A stretch of 64,000 nucleotides of DNA from the human T2T-CHM13v2.0 reference genome, Homo sapiens (GCF_009914755.1 NC_060938.1), one strand, 5' to 3'; positions 1-13,630 are shown, counted from the first letter of the stretch. The notes: generated by a model from the sequence alone, not told the origin. Translations and numbers: made by a program.

Positions 1-675
1 GTTTGTTATAATTTCTGTTTTTTTACATTTGCTGAGGAGTGCTTTACTTCCAACTATGTGGCCAATCTTGGAATAAGTGTGATGTGGTGCTGAGAAGAAT
101 GTATATTCTGTTGATTTGGGGTGGAGAGTTCTGTGGATGTCTATTAGGTCCACTTGGTGCAGAGCTGAGTTCAATTCCTGGATATCCTTGTTAACTTTCT
201 GTCTTGTTGATCCGTCTAATGTTGACAGTGGGGTGTTAAAGTCTCCCATTATTATTGTGTGGGAGTCTAAGTCTCTTTGTAGATCTCTAAGGACTTGCTT
301 TATGAATCTGGGTGCTCCTGTATTGGGTGCATATATATTTAAGATAGTTAGCTCTTCTTGTTGAATTGATTCCTTTACCATTATGTAGTGGCCTTCTTTG
401 TATCTTTTGATCTTTGTTGGTTTAAAGTCTGTTTTATCAGAGACTAGGATTGCAACCCCTGCCTTTTTTTGTTTTCCATTTGCTTGGCAGATCTTCCTCC
501 ATCCCTTTAGTTTGATCCTATGTGTGTGTCTGCACGTGAGATGGCTCTCCTGAATACAGCACACTGTTGGGTCTTGACTCTTTATCCAATTTGCCAGTCT
601 GTGTCTTTTAATTGGAGCATTTAGCCCATTTACATTTAAGGTTAATATTGTTATGTGTGAATTTGATCCTGTCAT
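1..675 (-). pseudogene. L1 ORF2 N-terminus (APE endonuclease domain), open frame to the window edge, D205G
   Basis: Manual translation from ATG at 675: MTGSNSHITILTLNVNGLNAPIKRH...CCIQE...NIYAPN...MGDFNTPL...YSKIGH...EIITN, 225 codons without a stop. Confidence 0.9.
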
Positions 676-738
676 TATGATGTTAGCTGGTTACTTTGCT
701 CATTAGTTGATGCAGTTTCTTTCTACCATCGATGGTCT

Positions 739-1754
739 TTACAATTTGGCATGTTTTTGCAGTGGCTGGTACCAGTTGTTTCTTTCCATGTTTAGTGCTT
801 CCTTCAGGAGCTCTTGTAGGGCAGGCCTGGTGGTGACAAAATCTCTCAGCATTTGCTTGTCTGTAAAGGATTTTATTTCTCCTTCGCTTATGAAGCTTAG
901 TTTGGCTGAATATTAAATTCTGGGTTGAAAACTCTTTTCTTTAAGAATGTTGAATGTTGGCCCCCACTCTCTTCTGGCTTGTAGAGTTTCTGCCCAGAGA
1001 TCTGCTGTTAGTCTGATGGGCTTCCTTCTGTGGGTAACCTGACCTTTCTCTTTGGCTGCCCTTAATATTTTTTCCTTCATTTCAACTTTGGTGAATCTGA
1101 CAATTATGTGTCTTGGAGTTGCTCTTCTCGAGGAGTACCTTTTTGGTGTTCTCTGTATTTCCTGAATTTGAATGTTGGCCTGCCTTGCTAGATTGGGGAA
1201 GTTCTCCTGGATAATATCCTGCCGAGTGTTTTCCAACTTGGTTCCATTCTCCCTATCACTTTCAGGTACACCAATCAGACGTAGATTTGGTCTTTTCACA
1301 CAGTCCCATATTTCTTGGAGGCTTTGTTCATTTCTTTTTACTCTTTTTTCTCCAAACTTCTCTTCTCGCTTCATTTCACTCATTTGATCTTCAATCACTG
1401 ATACCCTTTCTTCCAGTTGATCGAATCAGCTACTGAAGCTTGTGCATTCATCACATAGTTCTCGTGCCATGGTTTTCAGCTCATCAGGTCATTTAAGGAC
1501 TTCTCTACACTGGTTATTCTAGTTAACCATTCATCTAATCTTTTTTCAAGGTTTTTAGCTTCTTTGCATTGGGTTCGAACTTCCTCCTTTAGCTCGGAGA
1601 AGTTTGATCGTCTGAAGCCTTCTTCTCTCAACTCGTCAAAGTCGTTCTCCATCCAGCTTTGTTCCATTGCTGGCGAGGAGCCGCGTTCCTTTGGAGGGGG
1701 AAAGGAGCTCTGATTTTTAGAATTTTCAGCTTTTCTGCTCTGTTTTTTCCCCAT
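739..1754 (-). pseudogene. L1 ORF1, disrupted (frameshift and stop)
   Basis: Split into ORF-track fragments 1476..1754 and 913..1398. Native TAA at 739-741; 1016 nt versus 1017 for intact ORF1. Confidence 0.9.
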
Positions 1755-2329
1755 CTTTGTGGTTTTATCTACCTTTGGCCTTTAATGATGGTGACGTACA
1801 GATGGGGTTTTGGTGTGGATGTCCTTTCTGTTTGTTAGTTTTCCTTCTAACAGTCAGGACCCTCAGCTGCAGGTCTGTTGGAGTTTGCTGGAGGTCCACT
1901 CCAGACCATGTTTGCCTGGGTATCAGCAGCGGAGGCTGCAGAATAGCAGATATTGCTGAACAGCAAATGTTGCTGCCTGATCATTCCTCTGGAAGCTTCA
2001 TCTCAGAGGGGTACCCGGCCGTGTGAGGTGTCAGTCTGCCCCTACTGGGAGGTGACTCCCAGTTAGGCTACTCGGGGGTCAGGGACCCACTTGAGGAGGC
2101 AGTCTGTCCATTCTCAGATCACAAACTCCTTGCTGGGAGAACCACTACTCTCTTCAAAGCTGTCAGACAGGGACATTTAAGTCTGCAGAGGTTTCTGCTG
2201 CCCTTTGTTTGGCTATGCCCTGCCCCCAGAGGTGGAGTCTACAGAGGCAGGCAGGCTTCCTTGAGCTGCGGTGGGCTCCACCCAGGTCGAGATTCTGGGC
2301 CACTTTGTTTACCTACTCAAGCCTCAGCA

Positions 2330-2512
2330 ATGGCGGGCGCCCCTCCCCCAGCCTTGCTGCTGCCTTGCAGTTCGATCTCAGACTGCTGTGCTAGCAATAA
2401 ACGAGGCTCCGTGGGCGTGGGACCCTCCAAGCCAGGCATGGGATATAATCTCCTGGTGTGCCATTTGCTAAGACTATTGGAAAAGTGCAGTATTAGGACG
2501 GGAGTGACATGA
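2330..2512 (+). pseudogene. L1 antisense ORF0, prematurely terminated (60 aa)
   Basis: MAGAPPPALLLPCSSISDCCASN... matches primate L1 ORF0. TGA at 2510-2512 sits where the consensus has CGA. Confidence 0.8.
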
Positions 2513-2774
2513 TTTTCCAGGTGCCATCTGTCACCCCTTCTCTTGGCTAGGAAAGGGAATTCCCTGACCCTTTGCACTTCCTGGGTGAAGCGATGCTTTG
2601 CCCTGCTTCGGCTCACACTTGGTGGGCTGCACCCACTGTCCTGCCTCCACTGTCTGACGAGCCCCAGTGAGATGAACCCAGTACCTCACTTGGAAATGCA
2701 GAAATCACCCATCTTCTGCGTCACTCATGCTGGGAGCTGTAGACTGGAGCTGTTCCTATTTGGCCATCCTCTAA

Positions 2775-5700
2775 TGGACCGTGATATTTTGATATACATA
2801 TACAATGCATACTGATCAAATTAGAGTAATTAGTACACCTCAAACGTTTATCATTTCTTTGTGTTGGGAACATTCAAATTCTTTTCTTCTAGCAATTGGA
2901 AAATATACAATAAATCATTATTAACTATAGTCACCCTGTAGTGCTATAAAACATTAGAATGTATTCCTCCTAATTAGAATTTTGTATCCATTAACCAAGG
3001 TCTTTCTATCCCTCAATCCTCATGTCCTTCCCAGCATCTGGTAACCACTATTCTACTCTCTGCTTCTATGAGATCAATGTTTTTAGCTACCACATGAGTG
3101 AGAACATGTGCTATTTGTCATTTTATGTCTGGCTTACTTCACTTAACATAATGTCCTCCAAGCTGATCTATGTTGCTGTGAATGACAGATTTCATTCTTT
3201 TTTATGGCTGAATAGTATTCCATTCTGTATACATACCACATTTTCATTATTCATTCATCGCTTGATGGACTTTTAGGCTTATTCCACATCTTGGCTATTG
3301 TAAATAGTGTAGCAATAAACATGGGAGTGCAGATAGTTCCTCAAAATACAGATTTTCTTTCCTTTGTATACATGTCCAGTAGTGGGATTGCTGGTTCATA
3401 TGGCAGTTCTATTTTCAGTTTTTTGAGAAACCTCCATATTGTTCTCCATAATGGCTGTACTAATTTACATTCCCACCAATAGCGTATGAGTTTCCTTTTT
3501 TCCACATCCTCACAGGCATTTTTTATTTTTTGTAATTTGATAATAGCCATTCTACCTGGGGTAAGATTATATCTCAATGTGGTTCTGATTGGGATTTCCC
3601 TGATGATTAGTGGTGTTGAACAGTTTTTTTATATATCTTTTGGCCATTTGTATGCCTTCTTTTGAGAAATGTCTATTTGGGTCTATAGCCCATTTTAAAA
3701 ATCAAATCATTTGGTTTTTTGGTGTTGGGTTGTTTGAGTTCCTTATATTTTCTGATTATTAATCTTCCATGGGATGGAGAGTTTGCAAATATTTTCTCCC
3801 ATTCTGTGGGTTGTCTCTTTGCTTTATTGGTTCTTTTGCTGTGCAGTAACTTTTTAGCTTGATGTAATCCCATTTGTCTATTTTTACTTTTTTTCCCTGT
3901 GCTTTTGAGGTCTTATACAAAAAAATTTTTGCCCAGACCAATGTCCTGTAGTGTTTTACCATTGTTTTCTTTTAGTAGTTTTATAGTTTCAAGTCTTACA
4001 TTTTAGTCTTCAATCTATTGGGAGTTGTTTTTTTATATAGTGAGAGAAGGATCTAGTTTCACTCTTTTGCATATAGATATCCAGTTTTCCCAGCACCACT
4101 TATTAAAGAGACTGACCTTTCCTCAATGTATGTTCTTGGAAACTTTATTGAAAAGGAGCTGGCTGGAAGTGTGTGGATTTATTTCTGGGTCCTCTATTCT
4201 GTTCCATTGGCCTGTGTATCTGTTTTTATGCCAGTACTATGCTATTTTTGTTACTATAGCTTTGTAGTATAATATAATTTGAAATAGGATAACGTGATGC
4301 CTCCGCTTTGTTCTTTGTGTTCAAAATTGCTTTAGCTATTAGAGGTCTTTTGTGTTTACATACAAATTTTAGGATTGGTTTTTCTATTTCTGTGAAGAAT
4401 GTCATTGGTGTTTCTGTGGTGATTGCACAGAATTTGTAGATCCCTGTGGGTAGTTCAGACACTTCAACAATATTAATTCTTCCAATCAATGACCATGAAA
4501 TATCTTTCCATTATTTTGTATGTGTCCTCTTCAATTTCTTTTATTAGTGCCTCATAGTTTTTCTTGCAGATATTTTTCACTTCTTTGGTTAAATTTATTT
4601 CTAGGTATTTTTACAGCTGTTGTAAATGAGATTGTTTTCTTGATTTATTTTGCAAATTGATCACTGTTAGCATATCGAAATGCTACTGATTTTTGTATCC
4701 TACAAATTTACTGGATTTATTTATTCATTCTAAGGATTTTTTTATGGATTCTTTAGGTTTTTCTAAATATAAGATCATTTTGTGTCCAAACAAGGATTAT
4801 TTGACTTCCTCTTTCCTGATTTGGAAACCCATTGTTTCTTTCTCTTGCGTAATTGTGCTGGCTAGCACTTCCAGTGGGCATCCTTATCTTGTTCCAGGTC
4901 TTAGCGGAAAGGCTTTTCATTTTTCCCCATTCAGTATGATGTTAGCTGTAGGTCTGTCATATATGGCCTTTATTGTGCTGAGGTATATTCCTTCTCTATC
5001 CAATTTGTTGAGAGTTTTTGTCATAAAAAAATGTTGAATTGTATCAAATGCTTTTAAAGCATCTATTGAAATGATCATATGTTTTTTGTCCTTGATTATG
5101 TTGATGTGGTGAATCACATTTATTAATTTGCATATGTTAAGCCATCCTTGCATCTCTGGGATGAATCCCACCTGATTATGGTGAATGATCTTTTTTTCCT
5201 TCAACTTTTATTTTAATTTCCAAGGTACATGTGAAGGATGTGCAGTTTTGTTACATAGGTAAATGTATGCCACAGTGGTTTGCTACACATATCAACCCAT
5301 CACCTAGGTATTAAGCCCAGCATGCATTAGCTACTCTTCCTGATGCTCTCCCTCCCCAACCCTGACAGGACTCAGTGTGCATTGTTCTCTCCACTGTGTC
5401 CATGTGTTCTCATCATTCAGCTCCCACATAAGTGAGAACATATGGCATTTGGTTTTCTGTTCCTGTGTTAGTTAGCTGAGGATAATGGCTTCCCACACAT
5501 GTTCCTGCAAAGGACATGATCTCATTCTTTTTTATGGCTGCATAGTATTCCATGGTGTATATGTACATTTACTTTATCCAGTGTATTGTTGATGGGCATT
5601 TGGGTTGATTCCATGTCTCTGCTATTGTGAATAATGTTACAATGAACATACATGTGCACGTATCTTCATAATAGAATGATTTATATTCCTTTGGGTATAT

Positions 5701-7790
5701 ACCCAGTAATGGTATTGCTGGGTCAAATGATATTTCTGTTTCTAGATCTTTGAGGAATCACCACACTGTCTTCCACAATGGTTGAACTAATTTACTTTTC
5801 CACCAACAGTGTAAAAGTGTTCCTTTTTCTCTGCAAACTTGCCAGCATCTGTTGTTTCTTGACATTTTAATGTTTGCTGAAGCCGATCTGCTAGTATTTT
5901 GTTGAAGATTTTTGTATCTATGTTTGTCAGGGATATTGGCCTGTTGTTTTCTTTTTTTGTTTGTTTTTGGTTTTTGTTTGTTTGTGTGTGTGTGTGTTTC
6001 CCTATCTAGTTTTGGTATAAGGGTGTCCTCCCAAGCCGAGTTTAGAAGTTTTCCCTCCTCTTCCATTTTTTGAAATAGTTTGAGTAGAACTGATATCAGT
6101 TCTTTTAGTAAGCGGTAGAATTCAACAGTGAAGACATCAGATCCTGGGTTTTTCTTTGATAAGTGACTTTTTTATCACTGCTTTGATATCACTACTCCTT
6201 ACTGGTCTGTTCGGGTTTTCTATTTCTTCATGGCTCAATCTTAGTAGGTTGTATGTGCTAAGGAACATATCCATTTCTTCTGTGTTTTCCAATTTATTGG
6301 TGTACAGTTGTACATAGGAGTCTCTACTGATCCTTTTTACTTCTGCAGTGTCCATTGTAATGTTCCCTTTTTCATCTCTCATTTTATTTGTTTGAATCTT
6401 CTCTTTTTTCTTAGTCTAGCTAAAGGTTTGTCAATTATCTTTTTCAAAAACCAACTTTTCATTGTTTATCTTTTATATTGTTTTTACTGTCTATTTATTT
6501 CTGCTCTGATCTTATTTCTTTTCCTTCTACTAATTTTGGGTTTGATTTCTGTTTTTCTAGTTCCCTAAGGTGCATCATAAGGTTGAAGTCTTTCTATTTT
6601 TTGATGGAGGAATTTATATCTATAAATTTCCCTCTTAGTACTGCTTTTGTTGTATTCCACATGATTCTCATATGTTGTGTTTCCATTTTCATTTGTCTCA
6701 GGATAGTTTTTTAATTTTCTTCTTAATTTCTTCGTTGGCCCATTAGTCATTTGGGAACATGTTTAATTTCTGTGTATCTGTACCGTTTCCAAAGTTCCTC
6801 TTGTTATTGATTTCTAGTTTTATTCCACTGTGATCAGAAAAGATACTGAGTATGATTTCTACTTTTGTAATTTGTTGAAACTTGTTTTGTGGTCTAAGAT
6901 ATGGTTTAGCCTGTGGAATGTTTCATTTTCTAATATGAAGAATGTGTATTCTGCAGCAGTTGGATGAAATGCTTTTTAGATGTCTATTAGGTTCATTTGA
7001 ACTAGAGTATAGTTTAACTCCAATATTTGTTGATTTTCTGCCTGGATTATCTGTCTATTGCCAAAAGTGAAGTGTTGAAGTCTCCTACTATTATTGTTTT
7101 GCAGTCTATCCCTCCCTTTAGATCTATTAATATTTGCTTTATATAGTTGGATGTTCTGGTGTTGTGTGTATATATATTCACCATTGTTATGTTCTCTTGC
7201 TGAATTGACCCATTTGTTGTTATATAATGAACTCTATGTCTCTTTTTACAGTTTTTGATTTAAAGTCTACTTTATCTGATATAAGTATAGCAATTATCTG
7301 CTCTTTTTTATTTTCATTTGCACGGAGTATCTTTTTCCATCCCTTCATTTTCTGTCTGTGTGTGTCCTTATATGTGAAATCTGTTTCTTGTAGGCAGAAT
7401 ATAGTTGGGTCTTGCTTTTTAATCTGTTCAGCCATTCTACATCTTTTAGTTATAGGGTGTGATCTATTTACACTCAATATTATTGATAGGTATGGACTTA
7501 TTACTGCTATTTTGTTACTTGTTTTCTATGTGTTTTGTAACTCCTTTCTTCTTTTCTTACTGTCTTCCTTTGTGGTTACATGATTTTTCTCCCATAGTAT
7601 GTTTGAATCCATTGCTTTTTATTCTTGTTATATCTATCATAGGTTTTTGCTTTGCACTTACCTTGAGGCTTACCAAAAAAAAATCCTGTAGTTACAACAA
7701 GTTATTTAAAACTGATATAAACTTAAATTTGATCACAATAAAAGGAAAAGAACAAACAAACAAACAAAAATCATGTACACATTAACTCCC
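2775..7790 (-). mobile_element. Old L1MA-type LINE-1 (3'UTR through ORF2 to inter-ORF region), interrupted by a younger L1PA 3' fragment
   Basis: L1MA-type 3'UTR at about 2780-3300. Degenerate ORF2 peptides: [37 protein letters not shown]. Confidence 0.9.
5191..5870 (-). mobile_element. 5'-truncated L1PA (about PA10-13) 3' end nested in the L1MA
   Basis: Poly-T followed by an L1PA 3'UTR (ggtacatgtg...cccatcacctaggtattaagcccagcatgcattag). Host ORF2 resumes at about 5866. Confidence 0.85.
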
Positions 7791-8852
7791 TGTACATGTT
7801 AACATTGTTATTCCCCACCTCATTTGTGACCTTGGAATAAATTTGCAGACCTGGGAAACGGAAATCATGTTTGGTGACTAAAAAGTACTACATTTATATT
7901 GATTCTAATTTTGATGAATAAACAACTCTGAAGAGTTCTGATTCAACTAGAAACACAGCAGCATTTTATTTCTGAATCTTTTCATCACAAAGAGCAGCAA
8001 AGAAAGTAAAAAATAAACCTACAAAGTAAGAGAAAGAAATCATAAAACTTCACATTGCAAATAATTGGTACCAAAGATGCAGTGGAATGGGAAGTGAGGA
8101 ACAGGGAGAACAGAGAAGGCCTAATGGGAAATGACCTCAGAAACAGCCAGCAAATATAGTACATTTTTTAAAAGCTGGGGTAGCTTTGGAAGGTTAGGAT
8201 TCTATCTCTTGTTGGTTATGGTCTTAATGAACCCAAGGCCAGTAAGAGAAATACATAAAAATGAGATCACACAGGAGGGCCAAATGTCAAGTCTTTTGCC
8301 ACAACATCAGAAGAGGAAGCCCTTGAGCTAAGAAGCCTACAAATCTATCCTGGCCTCACCCCTCCATAGTAATCTCTTGTTAAACATCACTAAAATATGA
8401 GTAACAAAAAAGAAATGTGCCCTACATTCTCATAAAGATACTACAGAGAAAATTTTAAAAATGAAAAAGAACAATATAGCCTTCTTAAAGACAATGAAAA
8501 CACCAGAAAAATCATTGACAGAAGGCAGATAAAAAGTGCAACCTAATATTCCAACTGAGAATTTTAAACCTTTATGCATCAATTGAAACTATAAGGATAA
8601 ATATCAAAACATAGAGAAGAGATGGCTACACAAGAAGACATGACAGTAGATAACAGGAGGGCATGAAACAAGAACTGACGGAACGTATGAAAGAAACAGA
8701 AGAAAAATACAAAGCCAGGTCCAAAATGACGACTAATCTATAGGAAATACTAAGAATAATAGATACCATAGAAAACCACAGTAAGGATACAGAAAACAGA
8801 AATAAAATCCAACAAAATGCAAAATAAAATAGAAATAGGAAGGAAAAGGCCC

Positions 8853-9006
8853 ATACATATATATAATTTAAAAATTATACAGAAAAAAAGGACTGAAAGG
8901 AATATATGTATATTCCTTCTATATATGTATATGTATTCTTATACTTTTTCTTAACCTTATATATATATATACATACATACACACACGTACACACACACAC
9001 ATATAT
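8853..9006. repeat. (TA)n/(CA)n microsatellites
   Basis: Direct inspection. Confidence 0.85.
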
Positions 9007-9512
9007 GGTTGTATACACAAGTATAAATAGTTGCTGATGATAAAAACCAACTCATGGAACTTAATAAGCACTCAAGCTATTTCAACAAAAAAACCTTTCC
9101 TGAAATTAAATAAAGACAGAAAAGAAGAAACTAAGGAAAGAAAGAGGAGCATGGAGGGAAGAGAGGAGGGAATGAAGCAAGCAGACTGAGTTGAATCTGC
9201 ATATAGAAAAAATATAGATTTATTGAATATCAGGGAAAACCAACCCAGAATGGCCAACCCTGAGACTATCCTAGTAAAATTATTCGAACTTCAAAATAAG
9301 AAAAAGAATTCTTTGGGCAACCAGGTAAAAATAACAAGTCACTAATAGGAGAAAGAAATCAGGTTAGTTGAGGTTTATTGACAACAACACTCAACAAAGG
9401 CCACAGAAAACATGACAGCAACACCTACAAGATACTCATGAGAAAAGGGTATAAGACAAGGATTTTATATCCAGCTCAACTCCTCTTAAAGTTTAAAGGC
9501 TACAGACAACTA

Positions 9513-10148
9513 CAGTCAGTTATTATTTGTGATAGTTATATTCTACAAAGTCTTTGCAGATACTGAATTAGCATATACTGAATAATTGATCCTAGGGGAA
9601 ATCTAGGGTTAGGTTCCTGCAAGCCAATGGTCATAACATTTTCATCAATTGATCGATATATAGCCTTGTTTTATGTGGGCTTCTGTTTAAAGATGCCTTA
9701 TTTAATATATATTGTTGATGCATTATCATTTAACTCAATCAACAGCACTATAATTTATGCCTAAACAAAGCTTATCTAAAACATCTATTTTCTCCAGAAG
9801 GCACATTATAGCCTTCTTGCCACTAGGAATACTCAACAGCACTTCAGCACTATCTTGAGGGCCATCTTAAAAGTGAAATCACCAACAAAAGCACAAAAAT
9901 GCAAAAAACATAGCAACAAATTGGCCATTCAGAGGACAGTTGTCCACAGTATGAGAGCTGAAAAAAGAAGACAGGTCTCAGCTGAGAATGTACACATTAA
10001 GCAGGTTGGGAAACTCAAATTTTTTACCACTCTGCGCACATCCTTAAGGTGATCCCAAAAGTACAGATTTACGGAATACAAATGAATTTTAGCAAGTCAG
10101 AAAATTCTAACATTTATGTTGGAATCCACGAACAATGGAGATTGACTA
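9513..10148 (+). mobile_element. MER82-like TcMar-Tigger DNA transposon
   Basis: TA|CAGTCA...TTGACTA|TA termini with TA target duplication. Internal cctaggggaaat..agggttaggttcctg is typical of MER82. Confidence 0.8.
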
Positions 10149-10823
10149 TAGTTTTGAAAATTCAAGAGTTTGGGAAATACTGTTCACATGAAAGTTTCAT
10201 TAAGAAACCTCTTGAGTACAAACTAGCAAACCAAAGATAAATTGGATCAATTAAAATTAGACGGTGAATTGAGGAGCTGGGGAAAAGAACAGAAAGTAAT
10301 ATTATCATTGCTCATGTGAGAATAATTATTGTTTTAAATAAGAGGGGAATGAGAGTATAAGGTAAAGGTAATCTTTGGATTAAAAATTAAAACTTCCTAA
10401 ATATCAAAGGGAAATGACTGCAATTGAAAAAGTCAGAAAAAAAAAGTTTTGTATAGTATACATTTTTTAAACTTGTATATAGAAACACAGAAAACATAAC
10501 ACAAAATGACAGAACTAAGACCAAACATACATTTCTATCAATGTATGTATATAAGCTTAAGTAATCTATTAAAAGGAAAAGATCTCCTGATAAGATCACA
10601 AAACAGAATTCAATGCTATACTTTATACAAAAGACATGTCTAAACTACGTAATTTTAAAAGCTTAAATACATTTTTAAAAAAAGAAAAACACAAAGTAAA
10701 ATAATAGGAGTTGTGATCATAATATTAAACAAGGTAGAATTCAGGCCAACCATCAAAAGAGACCAAAAAATGGCACTATATTGCTAAGGGTACGATTCAC
10801 AATGAAAACAAAACAGCTATAAA

Positions 10824-11344
10824 TGTTTGATGCCCATATTTAGAGTTTATTGATACTTTTGTAAGAAGAGAGATCATACTTCATAGGGAACTACAGAATG
10901 TCTCAGTAAGTTAGGCAGGGCTTGTTATAGGATTGGGGTCTGTTATAGGGTTCAAGGACCTGTGGTTTTGCTGTTAATCAGGTGATGTCAGAAAGTGGCA
11001 ACAATTCTATAACCAGGTATCTTAGTGATATTTATCTACAAATCAGGAAGACCAAGAACAGCTGAAGCTATCATTGGTAACAAAGCAACAGTTGTTCATG
11101 TTAGCTGGGAGAGGGGGATGCGTGGTCATTTTTCTGATTTGCACAGTGTTCTTATTTTTGTCTTTGTTCACACATGATTATGGAGTGGTCTTGTTTTGTC
11201 CAACTCCATTGTTGTCACAGGGCACCTCTGTCTCATGTTGATATTGTAAAATTGTGTAAGTTCAACAGCAGAACATCATGGGCTAGCTGTAAGAGTCATG
11301 CCAGGTACCAATTGACACCTATTGGGGGCTGCTCCTTTTTCTCA
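10824..11344 (-). mobile_element. Solo ERV1 LTR (MER67-like)
   Basis: About 520-bp block interrupting L1 sequence. The minus strand starts TGAGAAAAAGGAGCAGCCCC; TTTATT lies near the other end. Confidence 0.6.
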
Positions 11345-11654
11345 ATATTTATACACAAAAAAAAACAGAGTAGCAATTTTCATGAACCAGAACTTACAGA
11401 AAAAGGATATGTTGAGATACTAATAACAGGAGATATAGACTTACCTCTCTTGGTCTAAGATAGATCAATTTGAACTAAAAATAATGACATAAACTACCTA
11501 AAGAACATAATCTACAATGCAGAGCTGAGTGACATATACCAAGATTTTATCTGAAAATAGAGAATACAACTTACCTTCAAGTGTACATGGAACACTCATG
11601 AAAATTGAATACATATTAGTTCACAAAGAAAACCTTAATAAATTCCTTAAAAGA

Positions 11655-12011
<357 letters not shown>

Positions 12012-13529
12012 TTAATTACAAATTCAAAAAATAAAAACTCCTGATCTTTTAAGTCAAATGGAAAATGTAAAGAAAGCCTATAAATTTTCTAGAAAACACT
12101 ATTAATGAAAACAGTAAGTATCAGACCCTATAGAATAAAACAAAAGCAATACTCAGAAGAAAATTCTTAAAATACTTATATCATTAAAACATAAAAATAA
12201 TTAAGACATGCATCTCAAAATTTTTTAAAAGAATAACAAAATAAGTCAAAAATAAGGTAAATAAAGGAATTAAGAAAGACAAAGGCAGAAATGAATGAAT
12301 TTGAACAGAATACAATAATAATATTTATTAAGAGATACTATATACAAGCACTGTACTAAGCCCTGGCAATAAAGAGATGCAAGACAGAATTAATACATAA
12401 ATAAATAAATGAAAGGGTAAACAGTTCCTTACTTTAGACAGTTTTCCTAATTAAATTCCCCTTCATAGATATGTTTTACAAATATCTATGATACTGATAC
12501 TACATACTTGATATGTTTTACAAATATCTATGATATTGATACTACAGTACATCAGTATGTACTGATACTACATAATTGAACACTTTCACAGTCATGAAAG
12601 GAATTCTTTTTGATTGTCACTATAAAAGACTTCTGAGATAACTTTAAACTTAAATATAAACTTCCTAGACAAAATCACAGGCTCTAATTTTATAAATCTC
12701 TTTTCTTCTCATGTCAACAGTTAAAATCTGTGGAACATAAACATTTGTCTAAAAACAGAAAATCAGCTACTGTTTGTGGGAAAAATAAGTTTATAGTTCC
12801 CAATAATTTAATGTGAGAAAGATAGGCAGGCAGACAGAGATAAGAAGGATAGAGTTTAAGAAAAGTCATAACTCTTCTAATCATGCTTTATTTTTCCATT
12901 GTCTGAAAGATCGTGAGTCAGCTATACAAATTTTTTGAGCAAGAGAAAAAATATAAGGATTTGAGGAAGCCCTGGAAATGAACCCAATAATCATGAAGAC
13001 AAAACATTTCCCTCCTACTGGGTTTTTCCCATCAGTCTCTAAACATCCCTAAAAATGTACTCAAAATGACTCATCACTTTCTGTGTGAGGAGGGCTGTGA
13101 GCCTCACCAGCAGTACCATGCGGACCATGTGTAGGGCAGATAGTGCCAAGGGCCCAGAAACACTGTATCCTACATGGTTTCCAGGTTGGTTCCAGAATCA
13201 ACTGTCTGAATCGAACTCAATGATAAAGGAGACACCTGCAGAAGGAACTGAGACAGGAGCTGATCTTCTAGGTGGATCTTCAGGAGTGAAAGGAAGGAGG
13301 AACACACTGAGCAATTCCTGAGGTTTTCTAGACACCACCCTCGTGCTCAAGCATGCCTGAGGTGGGCGGGCTGAAAGCAGTGAAAGCAGAAAGATCCTTC
13401 ATTCCTATCCAGTGCTTCCAGAAGAGGGACTCTGATTCTTTTGGAGAAGTAGTATATGGCAGATGTCAAAAGTAACCCACCTACTTATGCAGAGTCTCTG
13501 GAGGCATGCTGCCTTAGGGTCCAGAGATG

Positions 13530-13557
13530 ACAGATAGATAGACAGATAGATAGATAG

Positions 13558-13603
<46 letters not shown>

Positions 13604-13630
13604 CAGATAAACAGACAGATAGACAGACAG
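13530..13630. repeat. Compound (GATA)n/(GACA)n tetranucleotide STR
   Basis: About 11 uninterrupted GATA units flanked by GACA/GATA variants. Confidence 0.95.

Larger units (their letters stand above)
1..2770 (-). mobile_element. LINE-1, L1PA4-6-like, 5' portion (5'UTR, ORF1, start of ORF2); continues beyond the left edge
   Basis: Reverse strand reads ..GATGGCCAAATAGGAACAGCTCCAGTCTACAGCTCCCAGC.. (L1PA 5' end). The 5'UTR is about 1015 bp and includes the 129-bp segment absent from L1PA2/L1HS. ORF1p-like peptides are present (MGKKQSRKAENSKNQS..., ..RPNLRLIGVPE..). Confidence 0.95.
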
